Notes: generated by a model from the letters alone, not told the origin. A stretch of DNA of 63,244 nt, filler included, from Thraustochytrium aureum (GCA_012862495.1; 8 parts of 3 records of this genome joined end to end with filler, not necessarily neighbours in it), one strand, 5' to 3'. Shown: positions 1 through 12,624, counted from the first letter of the whole stretch. Translations and numbers: made by a program.

Positions 1-45
1 TGTTGCGTCGAGACGCGAGGCTGACGCGAGCAACCCCGCGAGCAG

Positions 46-694
46 GAGCTAGAGGCCGTCGCGGTGATCGACATCCTGCGGCGCGCCGGGGCTAACGTGA
101 CCGTGGCCGCTGTCGGCGCAGACAAGCAGGTCGTCTGCTCGCGCGGCGTCGTTATTGTTGCGGATGCGCTGCTGGAGCATGTGGGCCCCGGCGCCACGTT
201 TGACGCAATTGTCTGCCCGGGCGGGATGCCCGGTGCTTCGAACCTCGCCGAGGTGAGTTTTGTGCGCCCGTGAACGCACGCATTAACTTGCAACGCTGAC
301 GTGGCACCCGAGTTCTGAATGATGTTTCGTCTCTGCGGAACGTCCTGGACGATCGATCGCGAAGAGCGCCGAGCTGGCAGAGCTGATAAAAGCGCACGCC
401 AGCGCAGAGAGCAGCGCGATTGTGGCCGCTATCTGCGCGGCGCCGGCGGTTGTATTTGAACCACTCGACGTTTTGCGTGGCAAACCAGCGACCTGCCACC
501 CTGGGTTTGCAGACAAACTTGTTTCTGCGACGGGGGGCTGCAGCGAGTCCCGTGTCGTCATTGACGAGACCAAGCGCGTCCTCACGAGCCGCGGGCCCGG
601 CACGGCGATTGAATTTGCGCTAAAGCTTGTCGAGCTGCTCTATGGGGAAGACCACCGCAGGGTTGTGGAAAAGCCCATGGTGACCCACCTCTAA
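46..694 (+). CDS. DJ-1/PfpI (ThiJ) family protein, 5'-truncated; exons 46-252 and 365-694
   Basis: Motifs ELEAVAVIDILRRAG, DAIVCPGGMPGASNL, catalytic AAICAAP and TSRGPGTAIEFAL. Phase-0 intron 253-364 (GTGAGT...AAG) joins ORF 64..273 to the frame of ORF 422..694. An upstream acceptor CAG ends at 45, with branch-like GCTGAC at 20-25. Confidence 0.9.
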
Positions 695-1720
695 ACTTTG
701 GACTCCGCGGTGACTTCGGCAACGCCTGCTTCCGAAGCGCGGCGACTTGTCTTGCCCCGTTTTCGAGGCGTCGAAATACGCAATAACGCAACAACCATTT
801 CGATCACGCGCACTCTGCTTTGTCAAGGCCCGTCCCGAAGCGAAACGGGCCAGTCTTTGGGCGGTCGATACGAACGGGCCGGGCCGCGCCTGGGCTTGGG
901 CCAGCTTCGGCATCGATGCGCCACCATCAACGCAGAGCGTCCGAACGAAGCGGCCTCGGCCAGCTTTCAAAGCAAAACTCCCATCGCTTGACGAGCGCGC
1001 CGGCCATCCAGTGATTCCAGCGTCGCCCGGCGCAGCCCTGGGCGCTAGCGCGCATCCACGGCTCTGGCATGATTTGCTTCGTCCTGTTCTGTTCCAAGGA
1101 TCCATCATTGTACTCCTCGAAGGGCTGGCTGCCAAGCGGAAAAAGTCCACGGCACTCGAACTATCCAGACCCCCGAACACAGCTCCTTGGAGGGCCGCCC
1201 GGGAGCGCGCGAGGAAGCGGCAGCGCGGCCGATTGACCGCCTCAGCGCCGCGTACAACCCAGGTCCCGCTGGTGGCCGGTTCTGGCAAGAGCGGGGCTGA
1301 TCTGCGGCGGCATTGGGAGGGTTTGGGAATTTTCCCCCCGCACCGCGCCCTCGGCTCGCCGCGGGCAGGAGGCGCGCGGCGCAGGAAAGNNNNNNNNNNN
1401 NNNNNNNNNNNNNNNNNNNNNNNNNNNNNNNNNNNNNNNNNNNNNNNNNNNNNNNNNNNNNNNNNNNNNNNNNNNNNNNNNNNNNNNNNNNNNNNNNNNN
1501 NNNNNNNNNNNNNNNNNNNNNNNNNNNNNNNNNNNNNNNNNNNNNNNNNNNNNNNNNNNNNNNNNNNNNNNNNNNNNNNNNNNNNNNNNNNNNNNNNNNN
1601 NNNNNNNNNNNNNNNNNNNNNNNNNNNNNNNNNNNNNNNNNNNNNNNNNNNNNNNNNNNNNNNNNNNNNNNNNNNNNNNNNNNNNNNNNNNNNNNNNNNC
1701 CATGAGGTGAAAGCAGCCGG

Positions 1721-4700
1721 ATGGACTGCACTGGAACTGGCGGCCGCCGCAACTCGCTGAGCGGGTCGCGCGCGGGCGCAACGGCCGAGGAGACCGCGAT
1801 GGAGTGGATTGCGCTGCAACTACCGTCCACTAGCGTGTTTCCTACGCGTGGCTTTGACGAGCCCGCTGCCGACGACACTGACAAGGAGCTGCTGGAAGAG
1901 TGCTCCGCCGACGAGCGCGCTTTGTGCGCTGCGCTCAAGCCCAACGCGAGCGCAACACGAGCGATCGCAGAAACCGACATTGATGACGATATGAAATGGA
2001 TTGACCCGAGTGAATCTTCCACGCTGCATCTGATTGACAACTTTGTGCTCCTGAACAACAGCGGTGAGACTGTGAGTTTGGACGCACTGGATATTGGCGC
2101 CTCCCCACGAGGCCAAGTCATGCTATTTGGCAATATTGTACAGCCCCACCCTCTTCAGGAAGGGGAGAGGCCCCGCTTGTGGGACCGCGCCGAGCTCCAT
2201 GGGCGCAAGCGCTCCAAGCGCGTAGGTAACATTGCCTGCGCCGAGTGGTGCATCGACCTCACCTTCGGCGACGAGTCGCTCTGGGTGATTTCAACTACCG
2301 GTCTGTGGTTCAAGCTACGCGGCGAGCACGGACCAGGCTCTGTCCTGCTTCCTTCCCCACTCTACCGAGCCGCGTTCTCGGAGCCCCGGAAAAAGTTCGA
2401 GGCGTGCTTGCATGTGGCGCGGCAGCTGCAGGCCCTGCAGTCTAGCAAGCGCATATCGCTCTCCAAGGTGATTGACAGCACGGTCCAGCAATCTCAACTG
2501 GGCGCCTGGCCCGTCGACCACGCCTTCGTGCTCTCTCGCGCGACCTTCATTGCGGATCAAGTGGAAACCGTGCAAAACTTTGCGCTGCTGGAGGACCGGG
2601 CCGTTGGCGCGGCCTTTTCTCGCGATCTCCGAAAGAAAATGACCGCCTTAGTATTGCGGCTCATCCGCGACGGCCCGCCGGCTAGCGTAGCGCAAGCCGG
2701 TCAGGCTCCTGCCGCGGATGATCTCCCCACAGCGCCTCTTCCGCCCAAGAAGCGTCGCAAATCCAGCAGCACGAGCGGCACGGCTACGGCCAACAAGAAC
2801 AAACTCGAGCTCCGCATGAAAGCAGAGAAGAGCAAGGGCCGTAGCGTGCCTGCGGAAAACAAGCCTTCCATGCAAGCTGATGAGGCTGGCTGGAGCGATC
2901 AAGACGCACATCTCAGTCCGAGGCCTGAGAAGCCAAGGGCGGGCTCGCAAACCAAGCGGCCGGGAGCGCGGTCTACGCTGACTCTGTTCCCCGTGAATGA
3001 TGTAGATCTGCTCGATCTCGTTGCCAAAGTCGCGCGAGGCGCCAAGCCGCCGCCGGGGTTGCGTAAGGCCTCGTTCAGCGGAATCGGAGACATCCTGGCG
3101 CCCCAGCGCCTGCCCCCAACGCCCTCCGCCCCTTTCGCCGGCATGCACGAGCTGGCCATGTCCAACCAGGACTTTGGAAGCGCTCTCGGGGCCTACGAGG
3201 CGCTTCACATGCTGCTGGACTATTTGCGCTTGCAGCCTTTTGGACTCGAGGAGTTTGTGCGAGCGATCGCATTCCGCCCGCCGGAGGAAGCCCCGCTCGC
3301 TCAGGCTGACGGCGCGCCGCCGCTGCCTGGGCGGACCACACCGGTTTGCTCCCCGCTCTACGCTGAGCTCGTGTTGCGCGTGACAAGTTTTGTGCTGGAG
3401 CAGCCTGAGAACGCCGCTTTGGCCGAACGCGTTGTTGGCGGAGCGGGCTTTCAGCTCGGCCCCCCTGCAGGCCAACGCATAGCTCACGCGGCGGGCGCCC
3501 CTCCAGCGCTCAACAAGCTGACGTGGCCGACCGTCGTCCTGCACCTTTTGGCCGAGGTGGAAGGGGTCCCCTTGCCGCACGAGCTCAGTACGGTGGCACG
3601 GATCGATCTTGTCCTGGACAAGACCACCCCAACAATCGCGTCAGACGCCAGAACGCCCGCCGACCACGGTGGCCTGCATCCTTCCGGCGCGCCTAGCTCT
3701 GCAGGCAACCCCTCGCCCCTCTGCGCCGAATCGCCTTGCCCGACCCCACTGTGCCATGGCGGCGGAGGCCGAGCACCGCGGTCCGTTCGGCGCCACTTGG
3801 AAGAGCAGGAGGCTATTGTCGCTGCGTACCCGCAGACAACCGNNNNNNNNNNNNNNNNNNNNNNNNNNNNNNNNNNNNNNNNNNNNNNNNNNNNNNNNNN
3901 NNNNNNNNNNNNNNNNNNNNNNNNNNNNNNNNNNNNNNNNNNNNNNNNNNNNNNNNNNNNNNNNNNNNNNNNNNNNNNNNNNNNNNNNNNNNNNNNNNNN
4001 NNNNNNNNNNNNNNNNNNNNNNNNNNNNNNNNNNNNNNNNNNNNNNNNNNNNNNNNNNNNNNNNNNNNNNNNNNNNNNNNNNNNNNNNNNNNNNNNNNNN
4101 NNNNNNNNNNNNNNNNNNNNNNNNNNNNNNNNNNNNNNNNNNNNNNNNNNNNNNNNNNNNNNNNNNNNNNNNNNNNNNNNNNNNNNNNNNNNNNNNNNNN
4201 NNNNNNNNNNNNNNNNNNNNNNNNNNNNNNNNNNNNNNNNNNNNNNNNNNNNNNNNNNNNNNNNNNNNNNNNNNNNNNNNNNNNNNNNNNNNNNNNNNNN
4301 NNNNNNNNNNNNNNNNNNNNNNNNNNNNNNNNNNNNNNNNNNNNNNNNNNNNNNNNNNNNNNNNNNNNNNNNNNGTTCCAAAATTGCCTCGCCTACAACG
4401 ACAAGCGCGCGGAAATAGCCTCATGGGCGCTCGAGCTCAAGGCCTTGTTTGAGACCATGTTCCAGGCACGTGTGGCGGCTGTGGTTGAACGTATCGACCG
4501 CGCCAAGCAAGAGGAAAAGCGCGGCCAAGTCAGGGCCGAGCCCAGCGCGGAGCACCTGAACCCCTCGGACGTGGTCAGAGCGCTCGACTCGCTTGACGTT
4601 GGGGACCTAGAGCCAGCAACCAAGTGCTGGATCATTGAGTGGCTCGTTGGCGTCGCCTTCCAGACAGATGCACTACGGAACTTGATCGAAACAGGCGAGC

Positions 4701-7700
4701 CGACGCAAGAGCTTGCCGCTCGCGTGCACAAGCTCCGAGGGGCAAGGTCGTCTGTAGGCAGGAAATCATCAGCGGGCGCGAAGTCGGTCTCGGGCGGCGG
4801 CACTGGCGCGGACAGCTCGGACATGTCGGCCTTGCACGGAATTTCAGCAAGCCCACTTTTGCGTCTCGAACCGCTAGGGCAAGATCGGTTTTGCAACCGG
4901 TACTGGTGGCTGGACGGCGACGCCCGCGGCCGTCTCTTCGTGGAGGTGGCTCCCACGGTGGTTGACGGCAAGGCGCAGACCCCCGTCGGCGCTTGCGTGC
5001 CGCAAAGCACACTCGGTTCGGCTCCCGACTCGGCAGAGAAAAGGTTTGCCCAAGGCGATGCTGCTGCCGAGGAGGCCGACCGCCAGCGCGCTCGGGCTGA
5101 GCTGAGTCATTGTGGGCTAGTGGAGGCGTATCGAGAGAACAGGAGCCTCCGATGGGGCGCGCTGCACTCCAGGCAGGAGCTCGACCAACTTGTCTCTTCG
5201 TTAAGTCCGCTCGGCAAGGACGAGCTCGAGCTTCTCAAAGCAATCGCTGTACGGTACTCGCGAATTGCAGCCCGTATGACCTCACCGCCGCGGAGGTGGG
5301 CAGCGACGCAGGTGCAATGCAGGCCGTGCTTGACCAGCCGGTTCACAACGCCGAGGTTCGCGCCAAGCTCAGTTTCGGCCTTGAGCTTGCCGCGATGCAC
5401 ACGCGTAGCGCAAAAAACGGGACGCACTGAGCCAAATCCACGTCGAGCAGCCCGTGCCTGCCGCCCAAGCTTTGCTCCCCTACCTGAGGCCGCACTTGAA
5501 GTACAGCAATCGAATCGGTGCGTCGGCCGACCGAAAGGCGCGTGCGGAAACCCGCGCAGCGGTGCGCGATTTAGCCGCGCGGCCCCTGGCCGAAGAGCTC
5601 GTCACTCTGCCCGCCCTCGAGTCTAGCAGGGGCCTGGTTGTTGGGTTTGCCCTGGACTTTGAGCAAGCCCTCTGGGAGTCGCGCCCGCCGCCTGCGATGG
5701 GCAGGAGCTGGGTATGGCCCCGCGCGCGCAATCACTGGCGACAAACCTTGGAGCTGCTCAGGGACCGCAGCACGCCGCTCTCGGCAGACTGCGCGCAAGG
5801 CTCGTGGCACGTCCACGCCGACACGACGGATGTGCATTTCGACGTCAAGCTGTTGCGCCACGCGTTACTCCGCCTGGAAGGCGAGGGAGTGGCCTACTGG
5901 TGCTCTGCAGGGACCACGAGCCCATGCGCGAGCTGCGTACCTCTCCTCTGGCGACTACACCGCTCTGAGTGGCGCGCTCACGTGAGGCGCGCAAAGACCT
6001 TGAGCGCTCTTGGGGCGTTGACTCGGCGGCTGGCCACCGAGGCTGTGCGATGGGGTGACACGGACCGGTCCCTCAACGTACTTTTCACGCAGCACCCGCA
6101 GCTGCCCGGGCCGCTGAGGATGGAGGAGCCTGTCGATCGCGGAGCGTTCTGGGACTCCGCGGAGACCTGCTTCGGGCCAGCCGTGGCAGACGTCTCGTTT
6201 GGGCAGGTTGTGTCTTCACGAGACTGTGCTGGTGCGTTTGGGTTTGTTGCGATAGGTTGTTTTTTGAGCTNNNNNNNNNNNNNNNNNNNNNNNNNNNNNN
6301 NNNNNNNNNNNNNNNNNNNNNNNNNNNNNNNNNNNNNNNNNNNNNNNNNNNNNNNNNNNNNNNNNNNNNNNNNNNNNNNNNNNNNNNNNNNNNNNNNNNN
6401 NNNNNNNNNNNNNNNNNNNNNNNNNNNNNNNNNNNNNNNNNNNNNNNNNNNNNNNNNNNNNNNNNNNNNNNNNNNNNNNNNNNNNNNNNNNNNNNNNNNN
6501 NNNNNNNNNNNNNNNNNNNNNNNNNNNNNNNNNNNNNNNNNNNNNNNNNNNNNNNNNNNNNNNNNNNNNNNNNNNNNNNNNNNNNNNNNNNNNNNNNNNN
6601 NNNNNNNNNNNNNNNNNNNNNNNNNNNNNNNNNNNNNNNNNNNNNNNNNNNNNNNNNNNNNNNNNNNNNNNNNNNNNNNNNNNNNNNNNNNNNNNNNNNN
6701 NNNNNNNNNNNNNNNNNNNNNNNNNNNNNNNNNNNNNNNNNNNNNNNNNNNNNNNNNNNNNNNCTGGATGATGAAATGCGGCGCAAGGCTTTTGAAGCCC
6801 TCGTGCCGCTAATTCGCTCTGTTCACGACACGCTGCATGCGGAGGAGTCGACAAGTAGCTGGGGTAGCCCTTCGAGTGAGGCCAGGTTGGGGCACAGCCA
6901 GACCGCGTTCGGTGGCTTAGGGAGCCCCTTTGGCCATGGTTCGCCGGTCGGTATCATCGGCGGTGCATGGGCGACGGCGCAGGCCCTCGAGGGGCAACCG
7001 CGCGCGTTTGTCGACATAACGCTGCAGGAGGGCGCTCCGGAGCGGCACCCGTACAGAGCAACGTTGAGGAGCGCAGCGGACATTTCTTGGGGGTCGGTAA
7101 TCCCCTCTAGCATTTCAGTGGCCTCCCCTCGCTTGGACTCCCCGGTTGTGGACGAGGCATTCTGGCCGACCCTCTTTGCCCCTCACGTGCGCGCAGGGAT
7201 GTCCAGGTCTAGATCGACGTCGATCCAACCGGGCAGCAATGTGGTATATTTTCCAGAGGGCCACGCCTTTGCCAACGCTCATTGCGAACTGCGACTCGGC
7301 GTGGAGATGTTTCGCAGCGGGCGGCAGAGCGCCCCTGGGCCAGGTGTGCCAAACGTGTTTCCTACTCGGCTGCCAGTCACTTGCCGCGTCCTCTCTGTCT
7401 CGCACCACCTGGCGAGCAGCGACGGCGGGTTTGCTCAACAGCCTTACTGCGAGCTCCAGCTCGAGCCGATCTCGATGCGCGACCCGGAGTTCGCTCGTGT
7501 GCCGATGCTCGACTTGGGGATGCCCGCCTCGGCAGACGACTCGCTGGCCGAGAACGTTGTTGGCGGATTTCGTGGCGGCCTGCTTGACTTTGGGGCTCAA
7601 TCGGGCGTCGGCGCGGCGGCATCGCCGTCAACGACAATGCCAAAGCGCACGATCAAGCACGTCCTGTACCAGATCATGATGCACCTGATGGTGATGGAGG

Positions 7701-8384
7701 AAGCGATGCTTTGCTTGCACGCTGTTTCGCCCACTGTTTACAAAGACCTCCCAAGCGCATTTGGCGGGCGCGAGCAGATGCTGGATCTGGCAACGATCAA
7801 CCAGCGCGTGCTGGACGGTCGGTACGACAGCGTCAGCAAGCTCCTGGAGGACCTCACAACGATGGCAGACACGTTCCGTGTCTACCATGTAGAGACGCAC
7901 AAGTACAGCCCAGGCAGCGCGCAGGCGGCTGCGTCGGTGCTGATGCGCGCCAAGCTCCTCGCGAGGCACCCGGAGACGCTCTGCGAGTTGGACGCCCAGG
8001 CCTCGGCCATTCCGGCTATGTATCCGTTCACCATCTTCACTGTTGTGCTGCGACCTCACATGGAGGCCGCGTTTCCGGCCTATGTTGCCCCTGTGCAGAC
8101 TGTGATGGACTCTCTTGTTCTGCGAACCAGGACGGGCAAGGTCGTGCCTTGGGCGATTGGTGTGCGGGTCGAGCTCGCCGAGGTCTCAACAACGGCTGAC
8201 GGCTGGACGGGCAGAGGCTCGGTCGTCGGGTTTCGCTACCCGCTCAAGGACATGGAGCTTCCTTGGGGCCAGCGTGGTTGTTTTGTGGGACGAAGTTGCC
8301 GCGGAGGGCGAGGTGGATGCCACGCTGGACATGCCCCGTTACGCTTTGCAGCATGTCAACCCGTGGGACCTCGTGGCCCTGTAG
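1721..8384 (+). CDS. Large chromatin protein: RFTS-like, DDT, bromodomain, WHIM1/2/3, BRWD/PHIP-type module with second bromodomain-like segment (gapped and frameshifted; true start uncertain)
   Basis: RFTS-like EWCIDLTFGDESLWVISTTGLWFKL...PSPLYRAAF (~2030-2570). DDT-like ALGAYEALHMLLDYLRLQPFGLEEFVRAI and LNKLTWP. Bromodomain end FQNCLAYND...LKALFE (4376-4460). WHIM motifs KCWIIEWLV, LEPLGQDRFCNRYWW and WGALHSRQELDQLVSSLSPLGKDELEL. Also NVVYFPEGH, MLDLATINQRVLDGRY and VVLWDE...VNPWDL. Frame changes near 5278, 5412-5417 (A6) and 8265-8268 (G4). Probable intron donor GTGCGT at 6232. That this is one gene across the gaps is an inference. Confidence 0.7.
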
Positions 8385-8670
8385 CGCTTTCGTCCACATC
8401 TGGTTGGTGGGTTTTGGCGTTGATTTGTTGATTTGTTGGTTTTGAATGACGCAAGAGGATGCGCCCTTGCGGGCCGCGCAATCACGGGATGAGCAATCAT
8501 GCCATGAGCAGCTCCGTGGCGTAATAGGCTGGCGGAGCAGTGCGGAGGTGTAACGCATCACGAAGCCTTGTCGAATGCAGCAGCGAAACAGAAATCGAGT
8601 TGACTTTCTCTACCCAAAAAAAGCTCGGCGTGGCGTGGCGTGGCGGCAACGCGGCCACAACTCGCAGGTG

Positions 8671-10552
8671 TCATGCATCGTCCTCGCCGGCCACAACCTC
8701 GGTTGCCCCGCCTGTCGAGCTTAGAAATTCTGCGAGCCTGTTTTCGGCAGGGGGCTTCTGGCTGCTGGAGGGGTTCGTTCGACTCGGCGAGCTCTGGGGA
8801 AGCCTCTGGCGCGGGCTGGTCGCCCTCGACCTCTTTCAGGAACGAGGCGAGCGTGTGGACCTTTTGGGGCTTTCCGTCCTCCGGTTTTTGCTTGGCCAAT
8901 TTCTTTTTCTCGGCCTCTTGCTTCTTGGCGAGCGCGGCCTTGCGCTCCGCGAGCGTCTGGGCGAGCTTGGACTTTGCGATCTCCTCGCCGAGCCCGATAG
9001 TAGCCGCGCCAGTGTTGTATTCTCCGCCACCCGCAAGGCGGGCCTGCCGCGCGATCTTCTCCTTGATTTGCTCCTTGGTCTGCGGCTTGGCCGGGGCAGC
9101 TCTTGACGAATCGCCAGCCTCATCGACGGCAGGTGACTTTTCGCGCCCTTGCGAAACATGCCGCCGAAGCGGGTCGACTTTGCCGCAGGNNNNNNNNNNN
9201 NNNNNNNNNNNNNNNNNNNNNNNNNNNNNNNNNNNNNNNNNNNNNNNNNNNNNNNNNNNNNNNNNNNNNNNNNNNNNNNNNNNNNNNNNNNNNNNNNNNN
9301 NNNNNNNNNNNNNNNNNNNNNNNNNNNNNNNNNNNNNNNNNNNNNNNNNNNNNNNNNNNNNNNNNNNNNNNNNNNNNNNNNNNNNNNNNNNNNNNNNNNN
9401 NNNNNNNNNNNNNNNNNNNNNNNNNNNNNNNNNNNNNNNNNNNNNNNNNNNNNNNNNNNNNNNNNNNNNNNNNNNNNNNNNNNNNNNNNNNNNNNNNNNN
9501 NNNNNNNNNNNNNNNNNNNNNNNNNNNNNNNNNNNNNNNNNNNNNNNNNNNNNNNNNNNNNNNNNNNNNNNNNNNNNNNNNNNNNNNNNNNNNNNNNNNN
9601 NNNNNNNNNNNNNNNNNNNNNNNNNNNNNNNNNNNNNNNNNNNNNNNNNNNNNNNNNNNNNNNNNNNNNNNNNNNNNNNNNNNNNNNNNNNNNNNNNNNN
9701 NNNNNNNNNNNNNNNNNNNNNNNNNNNNNNNNNNNNNNNNNNNNNNNNNNNNNNNNNNNNNNNNNNNNNNNNNNNNNNNNNNNNNNNNNNNNNNNNNNNN
9801 NNNNNNNNNNNNNNNNNNNNNNNNNNNNNNNNNNNNNNNNNNNNNNNNNNNNNNNNNNNNNNNNNNNNNNNNNNNNNNNNNNNNNNNNNNNNNNNNNNNN
9901 NNNNNNNNNNNNNNNNNNNNNNNNNNNNNNNNNNNNNNNNNNNNNNNNNNNNNNNNNNNNNNNNNNNNNNNNNNNNNNNNNNNNNNNNNNNNNNNNNNNN
10001 NNNNNNNNNNGGCGCGTGCCTCAGTCAGGGGCACGGTGGCGGCCACGAGCGCTGTCAGCTCGCTGTCTTCCAGTTCGATCGAGGCGGTCTTGAGTACGAG
10101 CGAGGCGGTCCTCGCCGGCCCGCTCTTGCGCGGGCTGGCAAGAGCATCGCCCACCTTTGCGGGCAATGAGGCTTTGCGAGGGCTGTCGCTTGGGCCGACG
10201 GAGCTTTGGCTCGAGCTTCCGCCAGGGGCCAGCTGCGAGAGCACGGCCGCGGCCCAGTCCGCAGCCTCCTCTTCGGACTTGCAAAAGTAGGTGACCACGC
10301 GTCCGCTGTTGGGGGCGGGGCAGACTCGGCATATCGCAGGACGAATTTGAGGCCGTCTTGGAAGGCCGTTTCCATCCCTTCCAGGGGGTGGGTCCGCCGG
10401 TTGGAGAGCTGCTTTTCGTTTTTACAGATGCAGATCGCCTGCAGGTCCTCGTCGAGGGCGAGGTATCGACGCTGCTTGATCAGCCCTAGCTTGCCGTTCA
10501 TCATCACGTACCCGGCGTGGATCACGGACCCGCTGTCCTGCTCGAAACCCAT
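8671..10552 (-). CDS. PH-domain-containing protein with charged low-complexity C-terminus (gapped, frameshifted)
   Basis: VIHAGYVMMNGKLGLIKQRRYLALD joins, via a frameshift at the 5-base run 10311-10315, to VVTYFCKSEEEAADWAAAV, the typical C-terminal Trp helix of a PH domain. A Lys/Glu/Ala-rich part follows the 9190-10010 gap. The stop is at 8671 if the run at 8750-8754 is one base too long, otherwise at 8558. Confidence 0.55.
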
Positions 10553-10974
10553 GCTGCCCAACCTGCCGCCACCGCTCTTGAAGAGCCTGCGCCCTTGCTC
10601 GGGCGGCCGGACACCCAGCGCCTCCAGGCTCCAAGCAGCTTGCAGCGCCAGCGGCGGCGCAGCTGCGGGTAGAGCGGAGCCTTCACGCACGCGGAGCTGC
10701 ACACCTCGGTGTCCGAGCTGTCCCACGCCCGGAAGCCGTCCTGAGGCGTTGGCCGAAGCGCTCGAGCCGGCCCACGGTCAGCCTTTGCGCGCGCGTCCAC
10801 CTCGGCCAGCAGCACCAGCAGGAGCGCAAGCGCACAATGCAGCTCGAGTCGCTCACCTCCAGCACCGCCACGCCCGCGAACACGACGCCACCAACGACGA
10901 CGACAACGCGGGCGCCAACAACCTGAGCAACAACAACCTGAACAACAACGACCGGCGCCCCCGCCCCCGCCTCC

Positions 10975-11026
10975 CTGCTGCTGCTGCTGCTGCTGCTGGA
11001 CTCGGAGCTGCCGGAGATGAACCTGC

Positions 11027-11068
<42 letters not shown>
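10975..11068. repeat. Two (CTG)n microsatellite runs
   Basis: Direct CTG tandem runs near the end of the first sequence piece. Confidence 0.95.
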
Positions 11069-11142
11069 AGGGCGGGCGGCGGCGTGGGTGCGAGCGCACG
11101 ATGCAGAGCGTATTCTGCACAGGTTGCGTGCTCGTGTACTTC

Positions 11143-11242
11143 NNNNNNNNNNNNNNNNNNNNNNNNNNNNNNNNNNNNNNNNNNNNTTAATTAATTAANN
11201 NNNNNNNNNNNNNNNNNNNNNNNNNNNNNNNNNNNNNNNNNN
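11143..11242. other. Artificial contig spacer (44N-TTAATTAATTAA-44N)
   Basis: Exactly 100 nt with a six-frame stop core at 11187-11198. The same structure occurs 7 times in the window. Confidence 0.97.
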
Positions 11243-12624
11243 GAGCTTCGCGAGGTGCGGCGCGCTATCGGCAAGTGCGAGGCTCAACTGGCCAACCTGG
11301 ACTGCGCCGCGCGCGGACCGAGCTCGAGCCTCAAAGCTCGCGGGAGCGCGGTCCGCGAAGCAGAGAGGTTTATCGACTTTACGTTGCTCGCGGCGCTCGA
11401 GGGCGGGACGACGTACCAGCTCGAGCCCGCAGAGCGACTCGACAAGGTGGCCAGCCTCCAGCCCGGCGACCTCGTAGTCCAAGCCTCGCGGGTGGCCGAT
11501 CTCACGGCCGCCGTGCCGGTTTGGCACCGTCTGGGAAACGGCGCTCGCGCTGCAACGTGGGGCGCATTAGGCCTGGGGGCGTACATGCTGACGGTTCGCT
11601 TGCTGCGCGACGGGTCGGGCGGTCAGGACTCTGGCGACGGGGCTGCCGGTGCGATTGGCGATTCGGCTGGCCAGCATGGAGGCGCGTCCGGGAAGCCAGC
11701 GTCGACGCAGGACACGCTGCAGACGACTCTGCAAACCGCAAAGGACCTCGCCGAGTCGGGTCGCGCGTGGGCGCTCGAGCACATTGTCGTGCCGACGCGC
11801 ACGATGGCCGAGCAGATGTTCCTGAGCAGTCGCTCAGGAAGGCACCGCGCGGACGAGCACGCGCTGGCCGTGCAGGACGCCAAGTCCAGCTTGCGCAACA
11901 TGATGAAGCACCACGCCGAGGCGTCTGGCGTGGTCGAGGCCGCGGAGGCGGCGCAGCTCGCAGACTCGCTCGACATGACGCTCGTTTCGCGCGACTACGA
12001 GGCAAAGATCCGCGCCCCGCTGCGAAACGTGGTGAACGGCAACTTGGTCGAGCTTGCGCTCATCCAGGGCCAGTTCCTCAAGCTGCAGGCGCTCGACGCG
12101 ATGCTGCAGATCGACCGCCTCTTGTCGAGAATCGCTTCAACTCGCAGCTCGTCGTCCTCGCGCCGGCCCTCATTGTCGTCGGGGCTCTCTACAACGGGTG
12201 CAAAGCGCTGTACTACAAGCTCGTAGACGACTCGGCCTCGCGGGCGAACCGCCGCGCAGCGCTCTGCGAAGCGACCGCGACGCTCTCCACTCTCGTCGCT
12301 CGGCTCGACCAAGCCTTGGGCAAGGGCGGCGCAGTGCAAGGCCTCGACGCGCCGGCTGCCTTGGCCGATGGGACTGCTGCCCCTGGCGCTCGCTCGATGT
12401 GCGGGGAGGTTGCCGAGCTGGAGGGCGCGCTGACCCAAGCAGCTTCCCGCATCAAGTCGATCCTTCATTCGGGCGGGGGGGGCCAGCGCGGCGGTGGCGC
12501 GGGGGCGGCGGAGTGGCTCTTGCTCGAGCAGGTTCAGGGGCGGTCTGGTTTGTCGATCGACGCGCGCGGTCGGCTTTGCTCGCAGCTCTTGTTCCTTGTG
12601 TGCGGGGGCGCCGCTGGGGCTTGA
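11243..12624 (+). CDS. NCA2/DGS1-family (nuclear control of ATPase 2-like) mitochondrial membrane protein, 5'-truncated
   Basis: KSSLRNMM...DMTLVSRDYEAKIRAPLRNVVNGNLVELALIQGQFLKLQALDAMLQIDRLL, then after a 1-nt frameshift at ~12121 VENRFNSQLVVLAPAL. This fits the NCA2 family pattern as I recall it. Confidence 0.75.

Noticed and set aside
11187..11198. TTAATTAATTAA recurring 7 times, as a biological motif (e.g. piggyBac TTAA target site)
   Set aside because: It is always centred in exactly 44+44 Ns, gives stops in all six frames, and cuts genes mid-CDS (RPB1, WDR5, NCA2-like). It is an assembly spacer.
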